64,000 nt of DNA from Candidatus Omnitrophota bacterium. GTDB taxonomy: Bacteria; Omnitrophota; Gorgyraeia; 2-02-FULL-51-18. A program made the translations under genes and the position numbers. The notes below the pieces were generated by a model. The model did no database searches and was not told the origin of the DNA. It worked only from the letters and a program-made list of their open reading frames with translations. Positions 9,342-20,199 of the stretch are shown one piece after another. Positions within the stretch are counted from its first letter, which is position 1. Each line of letters begins with the position of its first letter. The stretch covers positions 1,485-65,484 of the forward strand of contig JACPWF010000019.1 of NCBI GenBank assembly GCA_016197155.1, written 5' to 3'.

Positions 9342-10887
9342 GGAAAAATAATTTTTTCAATTCTTCGATCTTGAGCGCGAAGGCCGCCGCAAAATACACG
9401 GCAAGCGCCAACAGGATGCCGGTGAGCAAATAAAGCGACTGCCCGAGCCGCGAATCCGACAGATGCGCCCCGAGCACCGCGCGGTCGTAAAACCACGCGG
9501 CCGCGCCCATGAGAAGGGCCGCGGCGGCAATTTTAAGGAGGCTCGACAAAATTTTTTTCTCATCGAGCGGGCCGATTTTTTTCCGGAGGGCGATGAATAA
9601 AAGCGCCGCGTTCACCGTCGCCGAGAGGCTCGAGGCCAGCGTCAGGCCGCCGATCTTGAGCGGCCGCATCAAAATGAGGCTCAGGGCCACATTCAAAAAA
9701 ACAGCCACGGCCATGGCCTTCACGGGGGTGCGCGTGTCCCGCATCGCGTAAAAGGCGTTCACCAAAATTTTAATGAAACAGCAGGACAAAAGGCCGAACG
9801 CGTAAAAAAAGAGCGCGTTTGACGTGATCGCGGTCGAGGCCGCGTCAAAACGCCCGTGCTGAAAAATGATCCGCACGATCGGGCGAGACAGGACGACCAG
9901 GCCCACGGAGGCGGGCACGACGGCGAGGGCCAGCGAGCGCAGGGCCAGGGACAGCGTCTCCTTGAGACGCGAAATTTCGCCGTTCACCGCCTGCGCGGAA
10001 AAGGTGGGGAGGATCGCCTGCGACAGGGCGATCCCGAAGACCGCCAGCGGCAATTGAAAAAGCCGGTTCGAATAATAAAGCGCCGACTGCCCGCCCGTCC
10101 CCACGAAAGATTCGAAAGACGCCAGGATCGAATCGACAAACACGTTGATTTGATAAAGCGCCGATCCGAGCGCGCGCGGCAAAAGAAGCCGTCCCATTTG
10201 GGCGACGGCCGGATGCCTGAACGAAGGTTTTGAAAAATGAAAACCCTTGGCCAGAAGCGGCCTGACCTGAAAACTCAACTGTAAAACCCCGCCGGCCAAG
10301 ACGCCAAAGGCCAGCGCGAACGGCCCGTAGGTTTTTTCAAAAAAAATTCCGGCCAGGATCATGCAGACATTGAGGAGCGCGGGGCCCAGGGCGGAGCTTG
10401 TGAATTCTTTGAGCGCGTTCAACACGCCCATCGCCAGCGCCGAGAGGCTGATGAGAAAGATGTAGGGAAATAAAACGCGCGTGAGCCGGACCGCCAGCGG
10501 AAATTTATCGGGATCCGAAGAGCTCAGGAACCCCGGCGCGAGGAGCGCCACCACCTGCGGCGCGAAGAGCACGCCCGCCAGGCACAAAAGCGCCAGCGCC
10601 ATCACCAGAAGATAAAAAAAAGTGGAAACGAGCGTCCAGAACTCGTGCCTTTTCTTCTCCCAGGCCTCGGTGAGAACGGGCACGAGCGCGGCATTCGCGG
10701 CCCCTTCGCCCACGAGGTCGCGCAGGGTATTGGGGATCCGGAAGCTCACGACAAAGGCCTCGGCGTTTACCCCGGTCCCGAACGCCGCGGCGATGACCAG
10801 GTCCCGGACAAAACCCAGGACGCGGCTCACGCCGGTTAGGACGCCGATGATGCCCGCGGATCTGGCCAAATGACGATGGGTTGACAT
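9334..10887 (-). CDS. murJ: Lipid II flippase MurJ (MviN)
   Basis: Motifs SRVLGFVRD, FRIPNTLRDLVGEGA, RLFQLPL and FYAMRDTRTP; many TM helices. Confidence 0.96.
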   Translation of the reverse strand: MSTHRHLARSAGIIGVLTGVSRVLGFVRDLVIAAAFGTGVNAEAFVVSFRIPNTLRDLVGEGAANAALVPVLTEAWEKKRHEFWTLVSTFFYLLVMALALLCLAGVLFAPQVVALLAPGFLSSSDPDKFPLAVRLTRVLFPYIFLISLSALAMGVLNALKEFTSSALGPALLNVCMILAGIFFEKTYGPFALAFGVLAGGVLQLSFQVRPLLAKGFHFSKPSFRHPAVAQMGRLLLPRALGSALYQINVFVDSILASFESFVGTGGQSALYYSNRLFQLPLAVFGIALSQAILPTFSAQAVNGEISRLKETLSLALRSLALAVVPASVGLVVLSRPIVRIIFQHGRFDAASTAITSNALFFYAFGLLSCCFIKILVNAFYAMRDTRTPVKAMAVAVFLNVALSLILMRPLKIGGLTLASSLSATVNAALLFIALRKKIGPLDEKKILSSLLKIAAAALLMGAAAWFYDRAVLGAHLSDSRLGQSLYLLTGILLALAVYFAAAFALKIEELKKLFFRD

Positions 10888-10909
10888 CTCAAACTCTTTT
10901 TTGTAGAAT
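10881..10909 (+). promoter_or_regulatory. sigma70 promoter for rpsT, overlapping the murJ start codon
   Basis: TTGACA (10881-10886), 17 bp spacer, TAGAAT (10904-10909). Confidence 0.7.
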
Positions 10910-10934
10910 ACGGGCTCTTTCAAAAAGGAACGTT

Positions 10935-11201
10935 ATGGCTCATCGCCGGTCATCCATCAAAAAAATCCGCACCGACAAGCGGCGCCGCATTCAAAACGTG
11001 CGGGTCATTTCGGAACTGCGGACATTCGCGCGCAAAGTGGGCGCCCTCATTTCCGAGAAAAAAGTCGCGGAGGTGGCATCCGCCTCGCGTGATTTTTTTT
11101 CGAGGCTCGACAGGGCCGTCAAAAAAGGCGTCGTTCACAAAAACCGCGCCTCCCGTCAAAAGTCGCGGCTTCAGCTCAAGATCAATTCCCTAAAGAAGTA
11201 A
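10935..11201 (+). CDS. rpsT: 30S ribosomal protein S20
   Basis: MAHRRSSIKKIR...LDRAVKKGVVHKNRASRQKSRL. Confidence 0.95.
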   Translation: MAHRRSSIKKIRTDKRRRIQNVRVISELRTFARKVGALISEKKVAEVASASRDFFSRLDRAVKKGVVHKNRASRQKSRLQLKINSLKK

Positions 11202-12153
11202 CCCGGATCAAAAACCGCTCGAGCGCCAGGCGCTCGCCTAAAGCGCCGGTCTTCAGCGCCTCATCGCAAATCAAAAGCTCGCGCAGGACCCCGCCGACTT
11301 TTTCCGCGCTCACGCGGCGGGCCTGAGCCAGCAATTTCTCCGCGAAAAAGGGATGGAGTTTGAGACGCGCGGTGATCTGCTCGGCGGAGAGCCCTTCGGC
11401 CGTGAGCCGGGCCGCCTGTTTCAGGCGGTCCAGACTCCCGGCGAGCACCGCCACGATCTCGAACGCCCTTGTCCCCTCGTCCAGCAAATGGACGGTCATT
11501 TGAATCAGCCGCGCAAAATTTTTCTCGATCCATAAATCCACGAGGCTAAACGCGTCCGCGGCGAGCGACCTTCCGAACAAGGCCTCGATGTCCCGTGTCT
11601 GAATCCCCGCTTTGTCGGCGGTAAAAATGGCGGCCTGCTCGATCGCGGGCGCGAGCGTCGAGGTCTGGCCGCCCACGCGCTCCATTAAAAGAAACGCGGC
11701 CTGCCTTTCAAGGGATTTGCCGTGACGTTTGGCGCGCGCGGCGATCCATTGCGGGAGATCCTTTTCGAAAGGCGGATGGCAGGGCACGACCCGGCAGTGC
11801 CCGGACAGCTCCCGCACGAACGCGTTTTTTTTCGTGTTCGTCTCCTCCGAGGCGATCACGAGAACGCTCGAGGAGAGAAGCCCGGCGTCCAGCCTCGCGG
11901 GGAGCGTTTTTTTCTCATCCTCCGCCAGGGCGCCGGCGTCCCACAAAACGGCCAGTCGTTTTTCACTCAGAAAAGGGACGGTGTCCAAAAAATCGAGGAC
12001 TGACCGGAGCGGGTGCTCGCCCGCGGTGAATTCCTGGAAATTGATCCCGGAATCGGAACGGCCGGGGAAATAGCGGTCGCGGAGGCCTTGAATAAATTCT
12101 TTCTTTAAAAAAGAATCTTTGCCGATGAGAAGGTAGGTTTCGGGGGCTACCAC
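11182..12153 (-). CDS. holA: DNA polymerase III subunit delta
   Basis: YLLIGKDSFLK, TVPFLSEKRL and C-terminal D..LKTG...LE; standard lptE-holA-rpsT context. Confidence 0.9.
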   Translation of the reverse strand: MVAPETYLLIGKDSFLKKEFIQGLRDRYFPGRSDSGINFQEFTAGEHPLRSVLDFLDTVPFLSEKRLAVLWDAGALAEDEKKTLPARLDAGLLSSSVLVIASEETNTKKNAFVRELSGHCRVVPCHPPFEKDLPQWIAARAKRHGKSLERQAAFLLMERVGGQTSTLAPAIEQAAIFTADKAGIQTRDIEALFGRSLAADAFSLVDLWIEKNFARLIQMTVHLLDEGTRAFEIVAVLAGSLDRLKQAARLTAEGLSAEQITARLKLHPFFAEKLLAQARRVSAEKVGGVLRELLICDEALKTGALGERLALERFLIRVTSLGN

Positions 12154-12692
12154 AATTCGATCGTTTTTTCGACCACGCGGCGCGCCAGGTCCTCGACGGC
12201 CTTCGCGGCGGCCTCATCCTCGCTCAGCGCGTGCGCGCCCGAAAGAAAAAAGGACGTGTCCCCCGTCAGGCCCTGCTCCCGCCAGAGGATCTTGTGGTCG
12301 CGCGCGCGGGTGACCGCGACATTGACCACCAGGCTCAAGCGGTATTCCTGCACGTCGTCCCCCTCGCTGTAGCGGAGCGGGTCGCGGCGGTAATCCGTGA
12401 GCTTGGCCTCCACGATCGCGTCGGCTTTTTCCGGAGAAGTGACTTTTAAATTTCCGTCAAAGATAAAACGGTTGATGATCGCGTTCGTCAGGTCCGCCTC
12501 GACGCCCGGGCGGTACGTGTGGAAGCGCGTGCGGTCGTCCGTCTCGTTCGACAGGTCAATGGCGTTTTTCACCGGCAAAATACTGATCGTTTGGATGTCC
12601 GCCGGCAGAAGCGATTTTTGCGTGTAGCCACAGCCGCCGGCATCGAAAAGGGCCGCGAGCGCAAACATTAAGAAAAAAAATTTTTTTGTCAT
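12147..12692 (-). CDS. lptE: LPS assembly lipoprotein LptE family
   Basis: Lipobox GCGY after a hydrophobic signal; LptE-like pattern; upstream of holA. Confidence 0.8.
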   Translation of the reverse strand: MTKKFFFLMFALAALFDAGGCGYTQKSLLPADIQTISILPVKNAIDLSNETDDRTRFHTYRPGVEADLTNAIINRFIFDGNLKVTSPEKADAIVEAKLTDYRRDPLRYSEGDDVQEYRLSLVVNVAVTRARDHKILWREQGLTGDTSFFLSGAHALSEDEAAAKAVEDLARRVVEKTIELW

Positions 12693-13642
12693 TTGCCTTC
12701 TTTCACGATCCCGTCCAGCCGCTTCCGGGCCTCGGCAGACGCCGGAGTCTCGGGGTATTGGGTGATGAGGTCCTGGTAATAAACCCTGGCGCTGGCGAAT
12801 TTATTTTGCTTCTCATAAAAATCCGCGACGTCAAGCTGGGTCATCGCTTTTTTATTCCTCAGGGCCTTGATGGCCTCCTCGGCCTCCACCGACTGCTTGC
12901 TCGCGGGGAAATTTTCCTTAAACCCCTGAAATTCCTCGATCGCGCGGTCGGCATAGGTTTCGTTGTACTGGGATTTTTTCGAGGCCTGCATCGAGGAATA
13001 GGCGATCTGATAACGCGCTTGCGCCACGAGCGTGGAGCTGGGGTATTCGTCGACCACGGTCTGAAACGCCTTTTGGGCCTCTTCGTACTCGCCCTGCGAT
13101 TTGTAAAGCTCGCCGATCTTGAATTGGGCCTGGTCGCCGTAAGTGCCGAACGGCGCGTTCTTCACGATGTGTTTGTAAAGCTCAAGCGCCTTTTCCTGGC
13201 CCGGCAGGGCCGGCACGCCCAGGACTTTCAGCTTTCCGCCCGCGGCGAATTCATTGGCGATGTCGAACTCGCGTTTGACCGCGTCCTTGATCCGGTCGCT
13301 GTACGGGTAACGGTCGATGAGTTTTTGGTAGGCGTCGGCGGCCTTGGCGGTGTCCTGTTTTTGTTCCCACGAAAGCCCGGTGTAGTAGACGGCCTCGGCG
13401 GCCAGGCGTGAATTGGGAAACGCCCCCGGCAGTTTTTCAAACTCCTCGATCGCGCGGTCCCAGTCTTTTTTCTGATAGAAATCCTGGGCCCAGGCGAACT
13501 GCTCCTCGGGCGTGTCCTTGGCCGCCTTTTTGGGATTGATCCATTTTCCGATGTCGGGACTCCACATCCAGGAGGCCTGGGAAGTCCCGGCGGCGCCGAG
13601 CAGAATCAAAAAGACGAATAAAACGACGGGTCTCTTTTTCAT
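12689..13642 (-). CDS. bamD: Outer membrane assembly factor BamD-like TPR protein
   Basis: Signal peptide followed by repeated TPR units (YPYS, YPSS, FPAS, YPET) and VADFYEK. Confidence 0.78.
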   Translation of the reverse strand: MKKRPVVLFVFLILLGAAGTSQASWMWSPDIGKWINPKKAAKDTPEEQFAWAQDFYQKKDWDRAIEEFEKLPGAFPNSRLAAEAVYYTGLSWEQKQDTAKAADAYQKLIDRYPYSDRIKDAVKREFDIANEFAAGGKLKVLGVPALPGQEKALELYKHIVKNAPFGTYGDQAQFKIGELYKSQGEYEEAQKAFQTVVDEYPSSTLVAQARYQIAYSSMQASKKSQYNETYADRAIEEFQGFKENFPASKQSVEAEEAIKALRNKKAMTQLDVADFYEKQNKFASARVYYQDLITQYPETPASAEARKRLDGIVKEGK

Positions 13643-13658
13643 GGGAATTGAACAGGTA

Positions 13659-14240
13659 TTATACAAGATTCTTTCTTTTTTTCGGTACACTTTTCGCGGG
13701 CCTGTCCGCCTCGAGGTTCACGCGGTCCCGGACCCGGAGATCCCCCAGATTGGTCCTGGCCAGCGTGAGCGGCACGGCGTGCGCCCAAAACGCGCCGGCC
13801 CGGACCTTCCCCACCGTGAGACTGACGCCGTTCAGGGCGATCGAGCCTTTTTCGCGAATGAAGCGGCGAGTGTCGGCCGGCGGGCGGATGAGGAAACTTT
13901 TTTCGCTCCGGGTGGTTTTGATTTCCAGCACGCGGCCCGTGCCGTCCACATGGCCCGGCACAAAATGGCCGCCCACCCGCCCCTTCCATTTGAGCGGGCG
14001 CTCCAGGTTCACCCGCTCCCCGGCGCCGAGGCGCGCGAGGTTTGTCCGAAGCCGGGTTTCTTTCAATAAATAAAAAAAGAGCCGCCCGCCTTTTTTCTTT
14101 GAAACCGTCAGACAAGCGCCGTTCACGGACAAACTGGCGCCGATCGGCAGACGCCGCATGCGCGCGGGAACTTTGATTTCCAAAAGAGACTTGCCGGGAC
14201 GCGCGACAACGCCCAAATCCTCGATGATCCCCGTGAACAT
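13659..14240 (-). CDS. ribE: Riboflavin synthase (alpha chain)
   Basis: Motifs MFTGIIE, VNGACLTV, VNLER, GGHFVPGHVD and GSIALNGVSLTV. Confidence 0.96.
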   Translation of the reverse strand: MFTGIIEDLGVVARPGKSLLEIKVPARMRRLPIGASLSVNGACLTVSKKKGGRLFFYLLKETRLRTNLARLGAGERVNLERPLKWKGRVGGHFVPGHVDGTGRVLEIKTTRSEKSFLIRPPADTRRFIREKGSIALNGVSLTVGKVRAGAFWAHAVPLTLARTNLGDLRVRDRVNLEADRPAKSVPKKRKNLV

Positions 14241-15307
14241 CAGAGCGACCCGTGAATCAATAAATCCCGCCCGATCCATTTCGTGCAAAGCCCCCGCACG
14301 CGGAAGGCGTCACACGCCGCTCCGGACCCGCCAATAATTTGCGGGGCCACGAAAAAATAAACCTCCTGAACGGCCTTTTCCTTAAAAAAACTTCCCAGCA
14401 CCTCAGCGCCTCCCTCCACCAGAAGCCGCGCGATCCCCCTTTGGCCCAGGAGACGAAGGAGGGACCGGATGTCCACCCTCCCCTTTTTTTCCGGCACCAA
14501 AAGCAGATCCGCTTTGCCGCGGAATTTTTCCCATTTCCGGCGCGGGGCCGCGCGCGTGACCGCGATCCAGACGGGCGCCGGGGATTTTTGGGAGAAGATT
14601 TTCGCGTTCACGGGTGTCCGCAGACGGCTGTCCAAAACGATTTTCACGGGATTTTTCCGGGTCTTGGCGTGCCGGACGCTTAAGAGCGGGTCGTCTTTTA
14701 AAACGGTGTTGATCCCCACGAGGATCGCGTCGGCGTGCGCGCGAAGCTCGTGTCCGAAACGCCTGGCCGGCAGGCCCGTGATCCAACGCGGCGCGCCGCG
14801 CGGAGGCTGGGTCTTTCCGTCCAGGCTCTGCGCGACTTTCGCGACCACGTAAGGGGTCCGGCGGCGGACCCAGTGGCTGAAATCCTTGTTGAGCGCCTCG
14901 GCCTCCGCGCGGCGCACGCCGGCAATCACGCGGACCCCCGCCTTTTGAAGCGCGCGGATACCCCGCCCGTGAATCAGGGGATTGGCGTCCAAACACGCGA
15001 TCACGACTTTTTTCACGCCGGCCTCGATGATCCGCCTGACACAGGGCGGCGTTTTGCCGGTGTGCGTGCAGGGCTCGAGCGTGCAGTAGAGCGTCGCATC
15101 CGGAGGGACCGTTCGAAATTTGGAAAGGGCGTTGATTTCCGCGTGAGGGCCGCCGAACCACTCGTGGGCCCCCTCGGCGATGATTTTATTCCGGCGGACG
15201 AGAAGCGCGCCCACGAGCGGATTGGGGTGGACGCCCCCGATGCCGCGCCGCGCCAGCTCCAGCGCCCGCGCCATAAAAAAATCGTGTCTGGAATTTATTT
15301 TTTGCAT
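14240..15307 (-). CDS. ribD: Bifunctional riboflavin deaminase/reductase RibD
   Basis: Motifs [31 protein letters not shown] and LLVEGG. Confidence 0.97.
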   Translation of the reverse strand: MQKINSRHDFFMARALELARRGIGGVHPNPLVGALLVRRNKIIAEGAHEWFGGPHAEINALSKFRTVPPDATLYCTLEPCTHTGKTPPCVRRIIEAGVKKVVIACLDANPLIHGRGIRALQKAGVRVIAGVRRAEAEALNKDFSHWVRRRTPYVVAKVAQSLDGKTQPPRGAPRWITGLPARRFGHELRAHADAILVGINTVLKDDPLLSVRHAKTRKNPVKIVLDSRLRTPVNAKIFSQKSPAPVWIAVTRAAPRRKWEKFRGKADLLLVPEKKGRVDIRSLLRLLGQRGIARLLVEGGAEVLGSFFKEKAVQEVYFFVAPQIIGGSGAACDAFRVRGLCTKWIGRDLLIHGSL

Positions 15308-15756
15308 TCGGTCTTGGCAATCCGGTCGAGAATCCCGTTCACGAATTTGGACGAATCGGCTTCCCCGTACCGTTTGGCCAGCTCCACCGCCTCGTTGATC
15401 GCGACCTTCACGGGAATTTCGTCCGTCAGATAAAGGATCTCATAGCCGGCCAGCCTCAAAACATTCCGGTCGACGATCCCCATGCGTTTGATCTCCCAAT
15501 TCTCGGCGAAACGCTCGATGACCTTGTCTATTTCCGTCAATTTTTCCAAAACGCCGCGCGTGAGCTTCTCGGCGTACCGGCGCACCTCGGCGTCTTTTTT
15601 GTCGTTCTCCACCGCGCGCTTCTCCCCGTCGGAAAGGGCCAGGTCCGTGCGGTCGAGCCAAAAATCCTCCAAGACCTCCCCGACGGGATGACGCGTGATA
15701 TCCACTTCGTAGAGCACCTGAAGCGCGAACTCGCGACTGCGCGTGCGCTTACGCAT
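15295..15756 (-). CDS. nusB: Transcription antitermination factor NusB
   Basis: Motifs [31 protein letters not shown] and FVNGILD. Confidence 0.97.
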   Translation of the reverse strand: MRKRTRSREFALQVLYEVDITRHPVGEVLEDFWLDRTDLALSDGEKRAVENDKKDAEVRRYAEKLTRGVLEKLTEIDKVIERFAENWEIKRMGIVDRNVLRLAGYEILYLTDEIPVKVAINEAVELAKRYGEADSSKFVNGILDRIAKTECKK

Positions 15757-16237
15757 GGGCGAGGGATCTTTTGGACAAACGGCGCATCACATTCGCCATT
15801 TGAATGGCTGAAAGCGCCCACTCGCGGCCTTTATTCATCTGTTTTAATCCGACGCGCGCGACGGCCTGTTCGGCCGAGCGCGCCGAAACCATTCCGAGAA
15901 TGACGGGCACCTCGGACTTCATCGACAGTTCGCGGATGCCGCGCGCGGCCTCCATCACCACCTGATCAAAGTGCTTGGTCTCCCCTTTGATCACAACGGC
16001 CAGCGCAATCAGCGCGTCCCATTTCCCGGCCTTCAAAAGTTTTTTCGCCGCCAGCGGCAATTCAAAAGCGCCCGGCACCCAGACCACCGACAGGTCCTTC
16101 TCCCGCGCGCCGTGCCCGCGAAGCGTCTCGAGCGTTCCCTCGAGCAGCCGGCCGGTCAAATATTCGTTGAACTCGGAAACGACGATGCCGAATTTTTTCC
16201 CGCGCGCCGAAAAATGGCCCTTTATTTTTCTAACCAT
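15749..16237 (-). CDS. ribH: 6,7-dimethyl-8-ribityllumazine synthase
   Basis: Motifs [25 protein letters not shown] and NKGRE. Confidence 0.96.
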   Translation of the reverse strand: MVRKIKGHFSARGKKFGIVVSEFNEYLTGRLLEGTLETLRGHGAREKDLSVVWVPGAFELPLAAKKLLKAGKWDALIALAVVIKGETKHFDQVVMEAARGIRELSMKSEVPVILGMVSARSAEQAVARVGLKQMNKGREWALSAIQMANVMRRLSKRSLAHA

Positions 16238-17444
16238 GACGCTTCAAATCCAGAAAATGGCCGAGCTTGGTTTTTTTTGTGTGCAGGTATTTTTGATTGT
16301 GCCGTCCGGGCGGGATCTCGAGCGGCACGCGCTCGACGACCTCGAGGCCGTAACCTTCGAGGCCCACGATCTTCTTCGGATTGTTCGTCAAAAGGCGGAT
16401 CTTTTTGATCCCGAGATCCGCGAGGATCTGCGCGCCGACGCCGTAATGCCGCAGGTCCGCCGCGAAGCCCAGGCGCTCGTTGGCCTCCACGGTGTCGAGG
16501 CCCTCGTCCTGCAGTTGATAGGCCTTCAATTTATTCAAAAGCCCGATCCCGCGGCCCTCCTGCCTCATGTAAAGAAGGACTCCCGTTTTTTCGCGCGCGA
16601 TGAGCGCGAGCGCGTTGCGGAGTTGTTCGCCGCAGTCACAGCGCCGCGATCCCAAAACGTCCCCGGTAAAACATTCCGAATGGACGCGCACGAGGATATT
16701 TTTTTTCGGATTCAGCTCTCCCATCACCAGGGCGATGTGATAGTCCTTGTCGACGGCGGATTCATAGGCCACGAGCCTGAAGTCGCCGAAGGGGTTCGTC
16801 AGGCGCGTCTCGACGGCCTTCGAAACCAGTTTCTCTTTTTTGCGGCGGGTTTCAATGAGGTCCCGGATCGCGCAGATTTTGAGTTTGTGTTTTTTTGAAA
16901 ATTGAATGAGATCCGGCGTGCGCGCCATGCTCCCGTCGTCGTTCATGATCTCGCAGATGGCCCCCGCCGGATACAGCCCCGCCAATTTCATGAGATCGAC
17001 GCACGCCTCCGTGTGCCCGGCGCGAACGAGCACCCCGCCTTCGCGCGCGCGAAGCGGGAAAATGTGGCCCGGCCGCACGAGGTCGTCTTTGGTCGTTTTG
17101 GGATCAATTAAAACTTTAATGGTTTTCGCGCGGTCGTACGCCGAGATGCCGGTGGTGATGCCGTGCCGGGCGTCGATGGAAACCGTCCAGGCGGTTTTGA
17201 ATTCATCCACGTTCCGGTCGGAGACCATCGGATCGACGCCGAGCGTCTCCAGACGCCCGGCCTCCATCGGCACGCAGATGATCCCGCGCCCGTGCTTGGC
17301 CATGAAATTGACGTGATGCGGCGTGGCGTGCGCGGCGGCGACCACCAGGTCCCCCTCATTCTCGCGGTCGGCGTCGTCCACCACGATGATGAGCTTTCCT
17401 TTTTTCAGATCCGATAAAATTTCGGGAATCGAGCTGAATTTCAT
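16230..17444 (-). CDS. ribBA: Bifunctional DHBP synthase / GTP cyclohydrolase II
   Basis: Motifs [32 protein letters not shown] and QEGRGIGL. Confidence 0.98.
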   Translation of the reverse strand: MKFSSIPEILSDLKKGKLIIVVDDADRENEGDLVVAAAHATPHHVNFMAKHGRGIICVPMEAGRLETLGVDPMVSDRNVDEFKTAWTVSIDARHGITTGISAYDRAKTIKVLIDPKTTKDDLVRPGHIFPLRAREGGVLVRAGHTEACVDLMKLAGLYPAGAICEIMNDDGSMARTPDLIQFSKKHKLKICAIRDLIETRRKKEKLVSKAVETRLTNPFGDFRLVAYESAVDKDYHIALVMGELNPKKNILVRVHSECFTGDVLGSRRCDCGEQLRNALALIAREKTGVLLYMRQEGRGIGLLNKLKAYQLQDEGLDTVEANERLGFAADLRHYGVGAQILADLGIKKIRLLTNNPKKIVGLEGYGLEVVERVPLEIPPGRHNQKYLHTKKTKLGHFLDLKRHG

Positions 17445-17454
17445 TTGTTTCGCC

Positions 17455-18471
17455 TCAAAAATATTCCTGCATGAAAGCGGTCACGCGCTCCTGAACGCTC
17501 GCGAACGCGTGCCGTCCCCGGGACGTGCGGGGCCTTTGTTTTTCGAGTTCATCCGCCACGTGAAGCAGTCCCGCAAGCGACGCGTATTTCGCTTCGCCGA
17601 GTTTCGCCGGCCCCAAAGGCAGGGCGACGCGCGCCGGGACAGGGATCGCCGGTTGGATAAGGTCCGCGAGATTTTTGTCCGCCGCCAGGTCTCCCGTCAC
17701 CAGGATCTCCGCCGGGGACCCATTTTTTTCCCAAAACGCCTTGATGCGGGACGGTGCGTTTTCGTCCGTCAACCAAAGGGCGTGATCCCGGATCGCGCCG
17801 TCCTCAAACAGGATCCCATTCAAAAAATCCTTTCCCCAATCGAAGATGAGCGACCTTTTCCGCCGGTCTTCCTTCGGGAGAATACCATAGGCCGTGGACC
17901 ACGCCGACACCACCGGGATCGCGTGCGGCACCTGGCACCGGTAAAAAAGTTTCTGCCACATCCCGAAATGTTCGGCGCCGGCCACGAGCAGATGCATCGA
18001 CACGCCGAGCTTCCTTCCGAAAACGCCGACGGGGCTGGCCACCAGGTCGCGGTCATCGATGAGAAAACCGGTCTCTCTGGCGTAGACGACGCTTTTGTCG
18101 AAATGGGCGGCCAGGCGCAGCGCGGTGTGCCGCGCGCGGCGGACATCCGAACGCCGGATCTCGCCCTCTCCGGAAATGGATTGGGAACCCTGGGCGCGCA
18201 CGCTCTCCATTCCGGGGTCATCCAAATTGTAATAGACCGCGCGGAATTTCACGCCGGATGATTTTTCCGCCTTCCGGATCGCCTCGTGGACGCATTCGAC
18301 CGCGTCGCCCAGATGGACGATCCGGCCCCGCTCGACGCCGTCGGCGGCCACTTCCCCGCCGCCCAGAAGATGAAAAGAGCCGTCCGCTTTTTTCTCCGCG
18401 CAGACGGCGATCACGGTTTCGGCGCCGAAGTCCGTCACGCAGAGAGTCTTCCGGGAAAACAATCGGTTCAC
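17455..18471 (-). CDS. ftsA: Divergent, shortened FtsA-like protein
   Basis: Lies after ftsQ. N-terminal [32 protein letters not shown] matches FtsA. ATP motifs are degenerate (DWGKD, LVTGD). Confidence 0.7.
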   Translation of the reverse strand: MNRLFSRKTLCVTDFGAETVIAVCAEKKADGSFHLLGGGEVAADGVERGRIVHLGDAVECVHEAIRKAEKSSGVKFRAVYYNLDDPGMESVRAQGSQSISGEGEIRRSDVRRARHTALRLAAHFDKSVVYARETGFLIDDRDLVASPVGVFGRKLGVSMHLLVAGAEHFGMWQKLFYRCQVPHAIPVVSAWSTAYGILPKEDRRKRSLIFDWGKDFLNGILFEDGAIRDHALWLTDENAPSRIKAFWEKNGSPAEILVTGDLAADKNLADLIQPAIPVPARVALPLGPAKLGEAKYASLAGLLHVADELEKQRPRTSRGRHAFASVQERVTAFMQEYF

Positions 18472-19280
18472 CTGGGGCCGATCACCACATCGTCAAAACG
18501 CAAATCGATGTATCGGATCTTGGAAGGGTCCAGCACCACCGAGCGAAGCGTCTGGTCGAGGACTTTGAGGCGTTCGGTGAAATGATTGCCGCCGATCCGG
18601 ATTTCCATTTCGGAATCCACGAACAGGTTGATGTTGTTCGGGTCCGTGATGTCCACCTTCGTCAGCAGGTGCTTTTGCAGGACGCGCGAACGCTTCACCA
18701 TTTCAATGAGCCACATCGCCTTTTTGGTGGCCCGGTCCGAAACGGCCTCGCCGACGTAAAGACCCGCGGCCGGTTTCGGCGACCCCTGGATCACGGTCAG
18801 ATTTTTGAACGGCGCGGGGCTCGAGGCCGGCAGGAGGATCAGGTCCTTGTCGATCTGCACGTAGCGCGAAAACGCCACCTGGGCGGCGGGCGTCCTGCGC
18901 CGGAGCAGAATTTCGATGCGGTTCGGAAGGACCCGTCTCACGCACACCTCTTTAAACTCGGGGTGCTTTCTTTTGATGACCTCCTGGACGTTCACCAGAT
19001 CCAGCGTGATCAGATTTTCCCCGCGGCGCAATTCGCAGAATCCAAACGCCTGGTCGCTCGTCAGCGTCCCGATATTCAAAATCTTCACTTCCGTCAGCTC
19101 GAACGTCGAAGAGTTCACCGCGTAGGCGATCACCCCTCCGAACAAGATTCCCACCAGCGACAGCGACAAAACATACGGGAGGGAAACGATCAAAAATTTC
19201 CGCGACAGATTCACGAGCCTGACGGGAAATTTGGAATCGGCGCCGGAGCGCTTTCTAGGACTTTTTGACCACCTGGCCAC
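18468..19280 (-). CDS. ftsQ: Cell division protein FtsQ/DivIB
   Basis: Single TM helix, POTRA domain (VRRVLPNRIEI) and C-terminal YIDLRF. Confidence 0.9.
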   Translation of the reverse strand: MARWSKSPRKRSGADSKFPVRLVNLSRKFLIVSLPYVLSLSLVGILFGGVIAYAVNSSTFELTEVKILNIGTLTSDQAFGFCELRRGENLITLDLVNVQEVIKRKHPEFKEVCVRRVLPNRIEILLRRRTPAAQVAFSRYVQIDKDLILLPASSPAPFKNLTVIQGSPKPAAGLYVGEAVSDRATKKAMWLIEMVKRSRVLQKHLLTKVDITDPNNINLFVDSEMEIRIGGNHFTERLKVLDQTLRSVVLDPSKIRYIDLRFDDVVIGPR

Positions 19281-20199
19281 TGGACACCTTCCTTTTGGAT
19301 AAGTCTAAAATTTTAACACAAAGCCCGGGGAAATCGAGGCCCCTGGCCTCGGCCGCTTTGGGCAACAGGCTCTTGCCCGTGAGGCCCGGGATCGTGTTCA
19401 CCTCGAGCACGTAGGGCCTCTCGTCACGGCCCCATATTATATCCACTCGGCCCATCACTTCACAACCTAAACACGCGTAGGCCTCGCGCGCGGCGCGGCG
19501 GACTTTTTCGGCGCTTTCCCCGTCCAATCTCGCCGGAAACTCGTAGCGCGTGCCGGTGTCCCTGTATTTGGCGGCGTAGTCGTAAAATTTTCTTCCGGGG
19601 ATCACTTCCACGATCGGCAAAACCTCATCCCCCAAAATCCCCACCGTGAGCTCGCGTCCGGAAATGTATTCCTCGGCCAGCGCCAGATCGGAATAACGGA
19701 AGGCCTCCTCGCGCGCTTTTTCAAAATCCGCCTCCCGGGTGACGATCGTCACGCCCACGCTCGACCCCGAGGACGCGGGCTTCACGACAAAAGGGGCAGA
19801 AAAAGGGGCGGGGGCCCGGTCCGTTTTTTCTTTGCTCAATATTTTAAAGGCCGGCACTAAAATCCCCGCTTTTTGAAAAGCGCCTTGCGCGATCGATTTG
19901 TCAAACGCGTTCCGGCTCGCCAAAACGCCCGATCCCGTGTAAGAAATTTCGGCCTCTTCCAAAAGGGCCTGCGCCGCGCCGTCTTCGCCGAACGTGCCGT
20001 GGAGCGCGATGAACGCCGTGGAAATTTTCCCGCGTTTCAGCGCCGAAATAAAATCATTTTCTTTCGGATCGACCTTTACGGCGTCCATTCCGAGCCCCGA
20101 CAGCGCCTCAAACACCGCCTGCCCGGAAATGAGGGATATCTCTCTCTCGCAGGACGGCCCGCCGCAGAGGACCGCGATTTTTTCACGGCCGTTTTTCAT
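19255..20199 (-). CDS. ddl: D-alanine--D-alanine ligase
   Basis: Motifs GGPSCEREISL, LHGTFGEDG, GSSVGV and LEVNTIPG. Confidence 0.97.
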   Translation of the reverse strand: MKNGREKIAVLCGGPSCEREISLISGQAVFEALSGLGMDAVKVDPKENDFISALKRGKISTAFIALHGTFGEDGAAQALLEEAEISYTGSGVLASRNAFDKSIAQGAFQKAGILVPAFKILSKEKTDRAPAPFSAPFVVKPASSGSSVGVTIVTREADFEKAREEAFRYSDLALAEEYISGRELTVGILGDEVLPIVEVIPGRKFYDYAAKYRDTGTRYEFPARLDGESAEKVRRAAREAYACLGCEVMGRVDIIWGRDERPYVLEVNTIPGLTGKSLLPKAAEARGLDFPGLCVKILDLSKRKVSSGQVVKKS

